A DNA stretch of 64,000 bases from Bacillota bacterium (GCA_009780325.1 WRAF01000001.1:125048-189047), one strand, 5' to 3'; counted from the stretch's first letter, positions 38,607 through 48,699 are shown. A program made the numbers and translations. The notes: generated from the letters alone by a model not told the origin.

Positions 38607-38646
38607 AAAAACTCTGCACAAACACTTGTTTATGCAGAGTTTTTTC
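38607..38646. terminator. bidirectional palindromic terminator (archetype of a recurring motif)
   Basis: AAAACTCTGCA-CAAACACTTGTTTA-TGCAGAGTTTT between convergent genes. Confidence 0.8.
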
Positions 38647-38650
38647 AAGC

Positions 38651-39421
38651 TTAAACTCTCTTTTTCAAGTTGAAACTTTCTTCTTCATTATTTTTAAAAA
38701 TTGTATTCAACTTAATAAGTGTATCTTTTTTTATGTCACCAGACAATTCTAAATATATAGGGGCAGTTTTAATTAGGGTACAAAATAACTCTTCTTCATT
38801 GTTTGCTTCTGCGATAGGGCAAGTGTTATTAGGTTCATACAATAAATATTTCTTGCCATCAAATAAACACAATGCTTTTTCAATTTTAGGGCAAATCGCA
38901 GAAAATAAATACTTTATTAATTCAAAAAATATTTCATTATCAGATAAAAAACTTGCATTTTCTTTTGTCAAATCTCCAATTTCTTGCCATCTAGATTTAA
39001 CTTTTTTAAATGCAAAATTATAAATCCCGTCAATGCTTAATCCATTCTCTAAAACAAAAGACTCTTTAATCAAGCTTCTATCACTTATTGAATCAAATTC
39101 AATAAGTGCTGCTAATAAAATATTATATTTTTCTTCACACAAAAGCGGCAAATGTAAATTTTCCAAATAATAATGCTGTTTGCTTAAACTGGCAAACACA
39201 TCTAAAAGTGACTCAAAAATCTCTTTAGAAATTTTTCTTTTTGCTTGATTTTCACAAGCTATCGCAATATAAACTCTTTTAGGTTCATTGCGAGTGACAA
39301 TCAGTGCACTTTCATTTAGTTTATTTCTTAGTTTTTTCTCTAACGCATACAGCCATGAAGAATATTCAGCTCCTGCGCTTAAACTTACTTGATACATCTT
39401 AAAGTTATTGTATGTAAGCAA
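38651..39421 (-). CDS. hypothetical protein
   Basis: 256 aa, soluble. No family confidently recognised. Confidence 0.45.
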   Translation of the reverse strand: MLTYNNFKMYQVSLSAGAEYSSWLYALEKKLRNKLNESALIVTRNEPKRVYIAIACENQAKRKISKEIFESLLDVFASLSKQHYYLENLHLPLLCEEKYNILLAALIEFDSISDRSLIKESFVLENGLSIDGIYNFAFKKVKSRWQEIGDLTKENASFLSDNEIFFELIKYLFSAICPKIEKALCLFDGKKYLLYEPNNTCPIAEANNEEELFCTLIKTAPIYLELSGDIKKDTLIKLNTIFKNNEEESFNLKKRV

Positions 39422-39559
39422 AAATAAAAATAATCCAAGGTAGTAAAATATTATATTAAGAACTTTGTAGAAAATTGTAAATTAACTATACTTAAACAAT
39501 TTTTAAATTAATGCTTGTTTTTGTTTGACAATGTGATAATATAATGATAAATTTAAAAT

Positions 39560-39718
39560 GAAATAACGGAGCGGTTGTGGGTACCCCTCCATAAAAAAGC
39601 GGGCACCCCAAATCTTAACTTAAAAGGTTAGGGTCTGTGATCAGCCGCTTTTGGCAAAATTCTTTTTTATAATAAAAAAAGAGTAGTTGGCAAAAAATGG
39701 CTAGCTACTCTTTTTTTT
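39560..39718 (+). promoter_or_regulatory. structured 5' leader with intrinsic terminator upstream of the polyamine operon
   Basis: GGAGCGGUUGUGGGUACCCCUCC hairpin, AAAAGCGG...CCGCUUUU long-range helix, then GAGUAGUUGGC...GGCUAGCUACUC plus U8 immediately before the start codon at 39731. Confidence 0.4.
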
Positions 39719-39730
39719 AAAAGGCAGATT

Positions 39731-41179
39731 ATGAATAAAACATTACAACAAAATACTCCAATAGTAAATGCGCTAAACAACTTTAGAGAGGCTAGAGTTG
39801 TCCCTTTTGATGTGCCAGGACATAAAAGAGGCAAGGGTAACAATGCTTTGACTGAGTTTTTAGGGAAAAGAGCAGTTAGCATTGATGTTAATGGTATGAA
39901 GCCGTTAGATTATTTAAATAATCCAAGAGGTGTCATTAAAGAAGCAGAGACAATTATGGCAGATGCTTTTTCAGCAAGTGCAGCATTTTTATTAACAGGC
40001 GGCACATCAGCAGCCGTACAAGCTATGATTATGTCTAGTGTCAAAAAAGGTGAAAAAATTATCATCAGCCGTGCTGTTCATGTATCAGTAATAAATGCAT
40101 TGATACTTTGCGGTGCTATTCCTATATATATAAATCCAGGTGTCAACAAAGATTTAGGTATCCCTTTAGGAATGAGCATAGAAAACATAGAAAAAACAAT
40201 GGAGCAAAATCCTGACGCTAAAGCAATTTTATTTAATAATCCAAGTTATTATGGTGTATGTTCTGATGTTAAAAATATTGTCCGTTTAGCAAAAAAATAC
40301 AAAATGAGAGTCTTGATTGACGAGGCACATGGTACACACTTTAATTTTGGCAAGGATTTACCAATAAGCGGAATAAAAGCAGGGGCAGACATGGTGGCTG
40401 TATCTATGCATAAAAGTGGATTGTCGCTTACACAAAGTGCAGTTTTATTATGTGGGAAAGGCATAAATGCTGATTATATTAGAAAAATTATTAATCTTAC
40501 TCAAACGACAAGCGGCAACTATTTATTATTGGCAAGTTTAGATATATCAAGAAAAGAATTAGCCTTAAATGGAAAAGATTTATTGAAAAAAACACAAGAG
40601 TTAGTAGATTATGCTAAAGAAGAAATTAATGATATAGGCGATTATTATGCGTTTGGCAAAGAACTAATCAACGGAGATACCGTATTTGATTTTGATCCTA
40701 CCAAATTATCAGTCCATACTCTTAATATGGGGCTAGCTGGCATTGAGGTTTATGATATTTTGCGTGATGAATATAATATTCAAGTAGAATTTGGGGACTT
40801 AGGCAACTTTTTAGCATATGTATCACCAGTAGATAAAATGGCAGAGATTGAAAGATTAGTAGGCGCACTTGAAGAGATCAGAAGATTAGAGGGCAATGCA
40901 AAAAAAGATATGATTGATATTGAATATATTCATCCAGAAGTATCAATTTCTCCTCAAGAGGCATTTAATGCTAATAGGGTAGAGATAAAATTAGAGGATG
41001 CTGTAGGCAGAGTATCAAATGAATATGTTCTTGCATATCCGCCAGGGATTCCATTGCTTGCTCCAGGTGAAATTATTACAGAGCAAATCATTAGGCATAT
41101 TGGATATATGAAAGCAAAAGGCTGTTATTTAATGGGATGTGAAGATAAAAAAATTAATTATTTGTATGTAGTAAAGTAA
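39731..41179 (+). CDS. speA: Orn/Lys/Arg decarboxylase family (SpeA-type arginine decarboxylase)
   Basis: 482 aa. PLP-lysine context VSMHKSGLSLTQSAVL and an N-terminal FDVPGHKRG. Confidence 0.78.
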   Translation: MNKTLQQNTPIVNALNNFREARVVPFDVPGHKRGKGNNALTEFLGKRAVSIDVNGMKPLDYLNNPRGVIKEAETIMADAFSASAAFLLTGGTSAAVQAMIMSSVKKGEKIIISRAVHVSVINALILCGAIPIYINPGVNKDLGIPLGMSIENIEKTMEQNPDAKAILFNNPSYYGVCSDVKNIVRLAKKYKMRVLIDEAHGTHFNFGKDLPISGIKAGADMVAVSMHKSGLSLTQSAVLLCGKGINADYIRKIINLTQTTSGNYLLLASLDISRKELALNGKDLLKKTQELVDYAKEEINDIGDYYAFGKELINGDTVFDFDPTKLSVHTLNMGLAGIEVYDILRDEYNIQVEFGDLGNFLAYVSPVDKMAEIERLVGALEEIRRLEGNAKKDMIDIEYIHPEVSISPQEAFNANRVEIKLEDAVGRVSNEYVLAYPPGIPLLAPGEIITEQIIRHIGYMKAKGCYLMGCEDKKINYLYVVK

Positions 41180-41332
41180 ATTTGTGATGTTTTTCTTCTA
41201 TTGACATTAGGACGAGCTTATTGCTTTAAGCAAATCCAGCTTAATGTGTCCTGTCCTAAATCTCTAAAAAACATAATAATTTATGACACATAAATAAAAT
41301 TTTAACAAATTACTGCAAGGAAATCAACAATT

Positions 41333-42184
41333 ATGGAACAATGGTATAGAGAAAAATATTCAGATGGGGTTGAATTCAACCTTCAAATCAAAAGGGTGCT
41401 GGCATCTGTTAAAACAAAGATACAACAAGTTGACATTTTTGACAGCGTTGAGTTTGGAAGGGTATTGTGCCTTGACGGGCAGCTTATGCACACAGAAAAA
41501 GATGAATTCATTTATCATGAAATGATGGTGCATCCTGCTATGGCAATAAATCCAAATATCAAAACTGTTCTTGTTATCAGCATAGGCAACGGCGGTATTG
41601 TTAATGAGTTAATTAAATATAAATCTATTGAAAGCATCACTGTTGTTGAAGATGACCCAGATTTAATTAGCTTATTAAAACGTCATATGCCAAAAACAGC
41701 AAAGTCACTTTTAGACTCTAGGGTAAACATAATCAACGCCGACAACATGCGTTATACCCGCACACAAAAAAATAAATATGACCTTATTATTTTAGATATC
41801 CCTGATCCGTTTGGTCAAGGTGAAAATCACTTTACTAAAGAATTTTATGGGTCATGCTATACTGCTTTAAAAGAAGAAGGAATTTTAATAAATCAGCATG
41901 AATCTTGCTTTTATGAAGATGATATTCCAGCTTGCCAAAAGGCTCATAATAATTCAAAAAAAGTTTTTGACATAAGCATGGTTTTTCAAGCCAGTGTGCC
42001 AAGCTATCCGTCTGGATATTGGCTGTTTGGATTCTCATCAAAAAAGTTTCATCCATTAAATACGCTTGACAAAAAAGCATGGGAGTCGTTGCAAATCCCC
42101 AATGTATATTATTATAATCCTGATTTGCATGTTGGTTCATTTATGTTGCCGACATATGTTAAGGAAGTATTAAAAAACAGCTAA
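41333..42184 (+). CDS. speE: spermidine synthase-like aminopropyltransferase
   Basis: QQVDIFDSVEFGRVLCLDGQLMHTEKDEFIYHEMMVH and the LIILDIPDP motif. Confidence 0.8.
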   Translation: MEQWYREKYSDGVEFNLQIKRVLASVKTKIQQVDIFDSVEFGRVLCLDGQLMHTEKDEFIYHEMMVHPAMAINPNIKTVLVISIGNGGIVNELIKYKSIESITVVEDDPDLISLLKRHMPKTAKSLLDSRVNIINADNMRYTRTQKNKYDLIILDIPDPFGQGENHFTKEFYGSCYTALKEEGILINQHESCFYEDDIPACQKAHNNSKKVFDISMVFQASVPSYPSGYWLFGFSSKKFHPLNTLDKKAWESLQIPNVYYYNPDLHVGSFMLPTYVKEVLKNS

Positions 42185-42244
42185 ATTTGTGTAATCACTA
42201 GTTTATGCAGAGTTTTAAATAAAAAATATTAAGGATTTAAAAAA

Positions 42245-43078
42245 ATGGACATAAAAAAAGATACATTTATTGCATGTGACACACCATTTCAAAATGCTGA
42301 TATAGTCATACTAGGTGCGGGATTTGATTCAACTACCACATATAGACCAGGTGCTAGGTTTGCTCCTAGTGCTATCAGAAAAGAAAGCTATTCAATCGAA
42401 ACATATTCTCCATATCAAGATAAAGATTTAGAAGATATAAAAGTATGTGACGCAGGTGATTTAGATTTACCTATTTCAGATACTAAAAGGGTATTAGAAG
42501 TAATTGAGGATGGCATAAGTGAAATTTTAAAAGCAAATAAATTGCCTATTCTTTTAGGGGGGGAGCATCTTGTCACTTTAGGTTCAATCAGGGCAATATT
42601 GCAAAAATATAATGATGTAATTATAGTTCACTTTGATGCCCATGCTGATTTAAGAGATGATTATTTATCGGACAAGCTGTCGCATTCTACTGTTATTAGA
42701 AGATGTTATGAGCAACTAGTTTCAAGAGAAGTACATCAATTTGGGATAAGAAGCGGAGACAGGCAAGAGTTTGAATTTGCAAAAAAATCTACTAAGATGC
42801 AAAAATTTAATTTTGATGGAATAGAAAAGATTAAAGATAAAAAAGTTTATTTAACAGTAGACATGGATGTATTGGACCCGTCAGAATTCCCAGGCACAGG
42901 CACGCCTGAAGCTGGGGGAGTAAAGTTTTTAGAATTATTAAAGGCAACTAAAACTGTTTTTGAAAATAATGAGATAGTAGGGGTAGATATAGTCGAATTA
43001 AATCCAATGGTAGACAATAGCGGAATAAGCACAAGTTTAGCTTGTAAGTATTTAAGAGAAGTATTGCTATATATTTAA
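42245..43078 (+). CDS. speB: agmatinase / ureohydrolase family
   Basis: Mn-binding motifs GGEHLVT, HFDAHADLR and VDMDVLDP. Confidence 0.8.
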   Translation: MDIKKDTFIACDTPFQNADIVILGAGFDSTTTYRPGARFAPSAIRKESYSIETYSPYQDKDLEDIKVCDAGDLDLPISDTKRVLEVIEDGISEILKANKLPILLGGEHLVTLGSIRAILQKYNDVIIVHFDAHADLRDDYLSDKLSHSTVIRRCYEQLVSREVHQFGIRSGDRQEFEFAKKSTKMQKFNFDGIEKIKDKKVYLTVDMDVLDPSEFPGTGTPEAGGVKFLELLKATKTVFENNEIVGVDIVELNPMVDNSGISTSLACKYLREVLLYI

Positions 43079-43179
43079 AATAATGTCAACTAAAAATGTA
43101 GTTGCAGTAATAATAAAATTTACCAAGGTCAAACTTTTAATAACATTAATTTTCATAATAAAGAAGGAGATAAAAACAT

Positions 43180-44397
43180 ATGAAAAAAACATTAATTATT
43201 GGAGCAGGCGGTGTTGCATCTGTTGCTGCTCACAAATGCGCTCAAAATCATGAAGTTTTTCCTGAGTTTATGATAGCATCACGTACAAAATCAAAATGCG
43301 ATGATATCAAAACTGCTATTGAAAAACGCATGGGCAAAAATTTAAAGTCAAAAATTACTACTGCATCTGTCAATGCCGACAATGTTGCAGAGTTAGTCAC
43401 ATTGATTAATTCATACAAACCGCACATTGTTATGAATTTGGCTCTTCCTTATCAGGATTTGACTATAATGGAAGCATGCCTTCAAACAGGTGTACATTAT
43501 CTTGATACAGCAAACTATGAGCCTTTAGATACTGCTAAATTTGAATATAAATGGCAATGGGCATTTGATGACAGATACAAAAAGGCAGGTATTGCAGGCA
43601 TTTTAGGCAGTGGCTTTGACCCAGGGGTAACCAGCATTTGGACAGCTTACGCATTAAAACACCATTTTAATGAAATTCATTATATTGATATATTAGATTG
43701 CAATGGCGGAGACCATGGCTATCCTTTTGCAACAAATTTTTCACCTGAAATTAATATAAGAGAAGTAGCGGCAAACGGAAGATATTATGAAAACGGCAAA
43801 TGGATAGAAACCAAACCTATGGAAATTAAACGAGAGCGTAACTTTAAAGAGGTTGGGCAAAAGGATATGTATCTAATGTACCATGAAGAGTTAGAAAGCA
43901 TGGCAAAGCATATTCCAAATTTAAAGCGTGCTAGATTTTTTATGACTTTTGGTCAAAGCTATCTTACCCATTTAAAATGTTTAGAAAATGTGGGGATGAC
44001 CAGCATAGAACCAATTAAATTTAATGGAATCGATATTGTCCCTATTCAATTTTTAGCAAAAGTATTGCCCGACCCATCAAGTTTAGGGGCACGCACAAAA
44101 GGAAAAACTCATATAGGTGTTTTATTTCAAGGAATTGGAAAAGATAATAAACCTAAAAAATATTATATCTATAATGTGTGCAATCATGAAGAATGCTATA
44201 AAGAAGTTGGCTCTCAGGCAATTTCATATACAACAGGTGTGCCTGCAATGATAGGCGCTATGATGAATTTAAATGGAATATGGGACAAGCCGGGTGTGTG
44301 GAATATGGAACAACTTGATCCGGACGCATTTATGGAAGCATTAAACAAATGGGGACTTCCTTGGGTAGAGGATTTTAACCCAGAATTGGTTGATTAG
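43180..44397 (+). CDS. saccharopine-dehydrogenase-family carboxy(nor)spermidine dehydrogenase-like enzyme
   Basis: 405 aa with a Rossmann N-terminus IIGAGGVASVAAHK. Pairs with the downstream NspC-like decarboxylase. Confidence 0.72.
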   Translation: MKKTLIIGAGGVASVAAHKCAQNHEVFPEFMIASRTKSKCDDIKTAIEKRMGKNLKSKITTASVNADNVAELVTLINSYKPHIVMNLALPYQDLTIMEACLQTGVHYLDTANYEPLDTAKFEYKWQWAFDDRYKKAGIAGILGSGFDPGVTSIWTAYALKHHFNEIHYIDILDCNGGDHGYPFATNFSPEINIREVAANGRYYENGKWIETKPMEIKRERNFKEVGQKDMYLMYHEELESMAKHIPNLKRARFFMTFGQSYLTHLKCLENVGMTSIEPIKFNGIDIVPIQFLAKVLPDPSSLGARTKGKTHIGVLFQGIGKDNKPKKYYIYNVCNHEECYKEVGSQAISYTTGVPAMIGAMMNLNGIWDKPGVWNMEQLDPDAFMEALNKWGLPWVEDFNPELVD

Positions 44398-44442
44398 GTT
44401 TGCTTAAGACAACGAATCAACCTAGCTATAAATTAAGGAGTT

Positions 44443-45669
44443 ATGCAAAAAACAAACCGATTATTTGAAAACATTGAAAAACTGCTTGGGGAAACAAAAA
44501 GTTTCCCTACGCCGTTTTTTCTTGTTGATGAAACACTAATTGAAAATAATCTAAAAATATTGCAGCATGTCAAAAACAAAAGCGGTGCAAAAATTCTTTT
44601 AGCACAAAAAGCGTTTTCTTGCTATGATACTTATCCATTAATTGAAAAATATCTTGACGGGACAACTGCAAGCGGACTATATGAAGCAAAACTGGCAAAT
44701 GAGCATTTTAATGGTGAAAATCATGTGTTTGCACCTAGTTTTTCTGATAGAGATATAAAAGAGATTGCTAAAATTTGCACTCATATTGTTTTCAATTCGG
44801 TCACTCAATTAAATTATCATTATGAATTTGTAAAGTCAAATGGATTATCTGTCTCACTTAGGTTAAACCCTCAGCATTCTACTCAAGACGGCGGGATATA
44901 TGATCCTTGCGCTCCTCATTCGCGTTTTGGCACTTTAGCATCTAATGATTTTTTTAATCAGCCGGATACTCATAAAATGCTGGATGGCTTGCATTTTCAT
45001 ACACTTTGCCAACAGGGCTTTAAGGATTTAGAATCTACCTTTGATGTGTTTGAGAAAAGATTTGGAGAATTTTTTAAAAAGTTATGTAATCATAAAACAA
45101 GAAATCACAAAACATACTTAAATTTAGGCGGCGGACATCACATCACAAGAGATGATTATGACTTGGATGGGATTATAAAATTAATTAAAAAAATCCGCCA
45201 AACATATGATTGTGACATATATTTAGAGCCTGGTGAGGCAGTAGTTCTAAACAGTGGATATTTAATTTCAAGTATAATGGATATTGTGAATAACGATGGC
45301 GGCATTGTGATAATGGACACTTCGGCTGCTTGCCATAATCCTGACATTATTGAAACACAGCATTCTTATGTTCCTAAGATATTTGATGCAAAAAATGTTG
45401 ATTTGAAATCTATTCGCAATGAAAGAATTTATCGCCTAGCAGGAAACACTTGCTTAAGCGGAGATATAATAGGTGATTATGAATTTGAAAAAAAATTGGA
45501 TGTAGGAGACAGGCTGGTTTTTTCTGACATGGCACTATATACAATTGTTAAAGGAAACACTTTTAATGGCATACCGTTACCGTCAATTTATATTAGACGA
45601 CTAGGCGGAGAAATTGAATTACTTAGGCAGCCGCATTATCTTGATTTTAAGTCAAGATTGGGCAAATAA
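44443..45669 (+). CDS. nspC: carboxy(nor)spermidine decarboxylase-like (NspC family)
   Basis: 408 aa, alanine-racemase-fold decarboxylase. GGGHHITR and EPGEAVV blocks. Confidence 0.75.
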   Translation: MQKTNRLFENIEKLLGETKSFPTPFFLVDETLIENNLKILQHVKNKSGAKILLAQKAFSCYDTYPLIEKYLDGTTASGLYEAKLANEHFNGENHVFAPSFSDRDIKEIAKICTHIVFNSVTQLNYHYEFVKSNGLSVSLRLNPQHSTQDGGIYDPCAPHSRFGTLASNDFFNQPDTHKMLDGLHFHTLCQQGFKDLESTFDVFEKRFGEFFKKLCNHKTRNHKTYLNLGGGHHITRDDYDLDGIIKLIKKIRQTYDCDIYLEPGEAVVLNSGYLISSIMDIVNNDGGIVIMDTSAACHNPDIIETQHSYVPKIFDAKNVDLKSIRNERIYRLAGNTCLSGDIIGDYEFEKKLDVGDRLVFSDMALYTIVKGNTFNGIPLPSIYIRRLGGEIELLRQPHYLDFKSRLGK

Positions 45670-45913
45670 AATACAAAAGTAAATTTATTATTAATTAGTT
45701 AAGTTGTCTTTAAGAGTGCTGAAAAAAATGAAACATGAAAAAATAATTACAAAAGTATAGCTAAGGTAAGAGTGAGTAAAAAAATGAAATATAAACAATT
45801 TCTACAAAATTTATTGTGTTAAAATTGTTGGCAATTGGCAAATAATTATATAAAATTAGATGTCATTAATACATGGCAAAGCGATGAAGTAATTTCACAA
45901 ACAAGGTGCGATA

Positions 45914-47053
45914 ATGAAAAAATTTGAGTTTAAAACTACACATGTATGTGCACAAAGCGGGGCACGCACAGGGGTGTTGACAACCCCGCACGGAAACATA
46001 AATACTCCCGTATTTATGCCTGTAGGTACAAGAGCTGCTGTTAAAGCATTATCTCCGCAAGAATTAAAAGATACTTCGTCTCAAATAATCCTTGCTAATA
46101 CTTATCATCTTATGCTGCGACCTGGTGAAAAAATTATTAAACAAGCAGGCGGACTGCATAAGTTTATGGGTTGGGATAGACCTATATTAACCGATAGCGG
46201 CGGCTTTCAGGTTTTTTCACTTTCAGGTCTTAGAAAAATTACAGAAGAGGGCGCTAGATTTAAAAGCCACATAGACGGAAGAGAATATCTTCTTTCACCA
46301 GAAACTGCCATGCGCATTCAATCTGATCTTGGCGCTGATATTGTTATGGCATTTGATGAATGCTGTGAGGGCAATGCTTCATATGAAGTTGCAAAAAAAG
46401 CTGTAGATCTTACGCTTCGTTGGTTAAAACGCTCATATGATGCTTTTTATTCAGATGAATACTCTAATAAGTATCAAATGCTTTTTCCTATAGTACAAGG
46501 CAATGTATATAAAGATTTAAGAAATTATTCTTTAGAAAATACTATACCATATGCCAAATGCGGTATAGCTATAGGCGGGCTGTCAGTTGGCGAGCCTAAA
46601 CCAAAAATGTATGAAATGTTAGATGAGCTAAAAGATAAATTGCCGTCAAACATGCCTCATTATTTAATGGGTATTGGCAGCCCCGATTCATTGATAGAGG
46701 GAGTATTTAGAGGCATTGATATGTTTGATTGTGTGCTGCCTACAAGGATAGCCAGAAATGGGACAGCTTTTACATCACAAGGTGCACTCAATATGAAAAA
46801 TGCTAAATATATTACAGATTTTATTCCGCTTGATTCAAAATGTACTTGCTATGCTTGTACTAATTTTTCAAGAGGATACTTGCGTCATTTGTTTAATGTG
46901 GATGAAATTTTGGGCGGCCGCTTAGTTTCTCTTCACAATCTACACTATTTAAATAATCTGATGATGCGGGCAAGAAATGCAATAAATAATGATAAATTCT
47001 TAGATTTTTATAACCAATTTAAATCAAGTGAAGAATATAACAATTTTAAATAA
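45914..47053 (+). CDS. tgt: queuine tRNA-ribosyltransferase
   Basis: TPVFMPVGT, LTDSGGFQV, and zinc site CTCYAC...H. Confidence 0.95.
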   Translation: MKKFEFKTTHVCAQSGARTGVLTTPHGNINTPVFMPVGTRAAVKALSPQELKDTSSQIILANTYHLMLRPGEKIIKQAGGLHKFMGWDRPILTDSGGFQVFSLSGLRKITEEGARFKSHIDGREYLLSPETAMRIQSDLGADIVMAFDECCEGNASYEVAKKAVDLTLRWLKRSYDAFYSDEYSNKYQMLFPIVQGNVYKDLRNYSLENTIPYAKCGIAIGGLSVGEPKPKMYEMLDELKDKLPSNMPHYLMGIGSPDSLIEGVFRGIDMFDCVLPTRIARNGTAFTSQGALNMKNAKYITDFIPLDSKCTCYACTNFSRGYLRHLFNVDEILGGRLVSLHNLHYLNNLMMRARNAINNDKFLDFYNQFKSSEEYNNFK

Positions 47054-47153
47054 GTTATAGCAAATGCATTGTTTATCATAAATTAATTAGGTTTGGGATA
47101 GGGGTGGCTTTTTGGCAGGCTGTGATTAGAAAGAAACTAAGGGATAAGGGCAA

Positions 47154-48164
47154 ATGACTAAAGACAACACAATGCTAAAAGAAATTTATAACAAACTAAG
47201 ATGCAAACATGAATATATTATTCGTGGGAATGCTAATGTTGGCAACCCATCAATTATCCATGAGGAGATTTGGAAGATTGAGGATTTGCTTTATAGAAGC
47301 AGAATGGGCGGTTATCTTAAAGAACAGGTCAATATTGAATCAAGCGGGAAAGTAAGAGAGATTCCAAAAAACGATTATGGTTACATTGAGGTAGAGAAAT
47401 GCAGGCAGTCGATAATTTTTGCATTCAAGGCTTTGATTGATGATTATTGCTGGCAAAACATACTTGTGGTAAATAACTTAGCAAAGCATTCGGTGCTAGT
47501 TTTGAGAGAGTTCTTTAGGAGAATGAAAGAGGAGTTTACTGAATTTCAAAAAGGACTACCAAAGCTGCAAGAGGAACTAGCGGCGGCAGAGAAAAAGGTT
47601 GATGAGGTTTTTAAGCGTAGTCTCGAATTAACTGAGACACACAAGCCAATTGCTGATTTGCGTGATTTGAGAATGATTTTCTCGCCAACTATTTCCATGA
47701 CGATGTCTACATTATTTGATGATGGGCTAGGCACTAAAAAAGAAATCGTTGTTGAGACAAGCGACAAGAAAAACATAATACATGGACAGACAAGCGAGGA
47801 GTGCTATGAGTTGATGCGTGAAATAAACTACAAGAATAACTTGCTTAATTTATTTGATTGCACTTGCAATGACAAAACATACTTTGAAATCTTAGAGACA
47901 TTTTTCGCAACCAAAATTGATAAGGCAGTTAAAGGGAAAGCCAAAAATCTAGATGACTGGAAGCAAAGAGCGACAACGGGCAGACTCATAGATATTAGAG
48001 ATGCCATAGCACATACAAATGAAATACAAATAGCCGTCAATCTAGAGGCTCTACCACACTTCTTTAACGATGCGATGTTTTTATTGCGACATCTTACTTT
48101 TGTAAAGAGAGAAGTGCCGATGCCAGTATTTATTGATTATGATTTTAAGTTGATGAGTGAATAA
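47154..48164 (+). CDS. hypothetical protein with C-terminal R-x4-H (HEPN-like) motif
   Basis: 336 aa with a central coiled coil and C-terminal GRLIDIRDAIAHTNE. It is GC-richer than its neighbours and sits alone between tgt and rplS. Confidence 0.45.
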   Translation: MTKDNTMLKEIYNKLRCKHEYIIRGNANVGNPSIIHEEIWKIEDLLYRSRMGGYLKEQVNIESSGKVREIPKNDYGYIEVEKCRQSIIFAFKALIDDYCWQNILVVNNLAKHSVLVLREFFRRMKEEFTEFQKGLPKLQEELAAAEKKVDEVFKRSLELTETHKPIADLRDLRMIFSPTISMTMSTLFDDGLGTKKEIVVETSDKKNIIHGQTSEECYELMREINYKNNLLNLFDCTCNDKTYFEILETFFATKIDKAVKGKAKNLDDWKQRATTGRLIDIRDAIAHTNEIQIAVNLEALPHFFNDAMFLLRHLTFVKREVPMPVFIDYDFKLMSE

Positions 48165-48349
48165 AGTTATGCTTAAACAATAATCCATGTCAGGTGATTT
48201 GCAATCAAACATTTAATTTTTAAAAATTGCTTAAAACAGGGTTATTTTAGTTGCATATTATTTTTAAATGATATATAATTCTGTCTTGTGTGCATGTTCC
48301 GCTTTATCAAGACTGATTTAAGAGCCTGCGTTTACACTAGGAGAAAATC

Positions 48350-48691
48350 ATGAATTTAATTAGAGCAATTGAGGCAGATTATTTAAAAGAAACGCCTCCA
48401 CAATTTAATGTTGGCGATACTATTAAAGTTTTTGTTAAAGTAGTTGAGGGCACTAGAGAAAGATTGCAAGCATTTGAGGGCATTTGTATTGCTAAGAAAA
48501 ACGGTTCAGTTAGAGAAAGTTTTACTGTACGCCGTATGTCTTTTGGTGTAGGCATTGAGAGGGTTTTTCCGTTGCATTCACCAAGAATTGACAGAATTGA
48601 AGTTGTTAAAAAAGGTAGAGTTAGACGAGCGAAACTATATTATCTTAGAAAACTTAAAGGCAAAGCAGCAAAAATTAAAGAAGCAAAATAA
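48350..48691 (+). CDS. rplS: 50S ribosomal protein L19
   Basis: 113 aa. FNVGDTIKV...[21 protein letters not shown]...FTVRR. Confidence 0.95.
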   Translation: MNLIRAIEADYLKETPPQFNVGDTIKVFVKVVEGTRERLQAFEGICIAKKNGSVRESFTVRRMSFGVGIERVFPLHSPRIDRIEVVKKGRVRRAKLYYLRKLKGKAAKIKEAK

Positions 48692-48699
48692 ACTATTAA

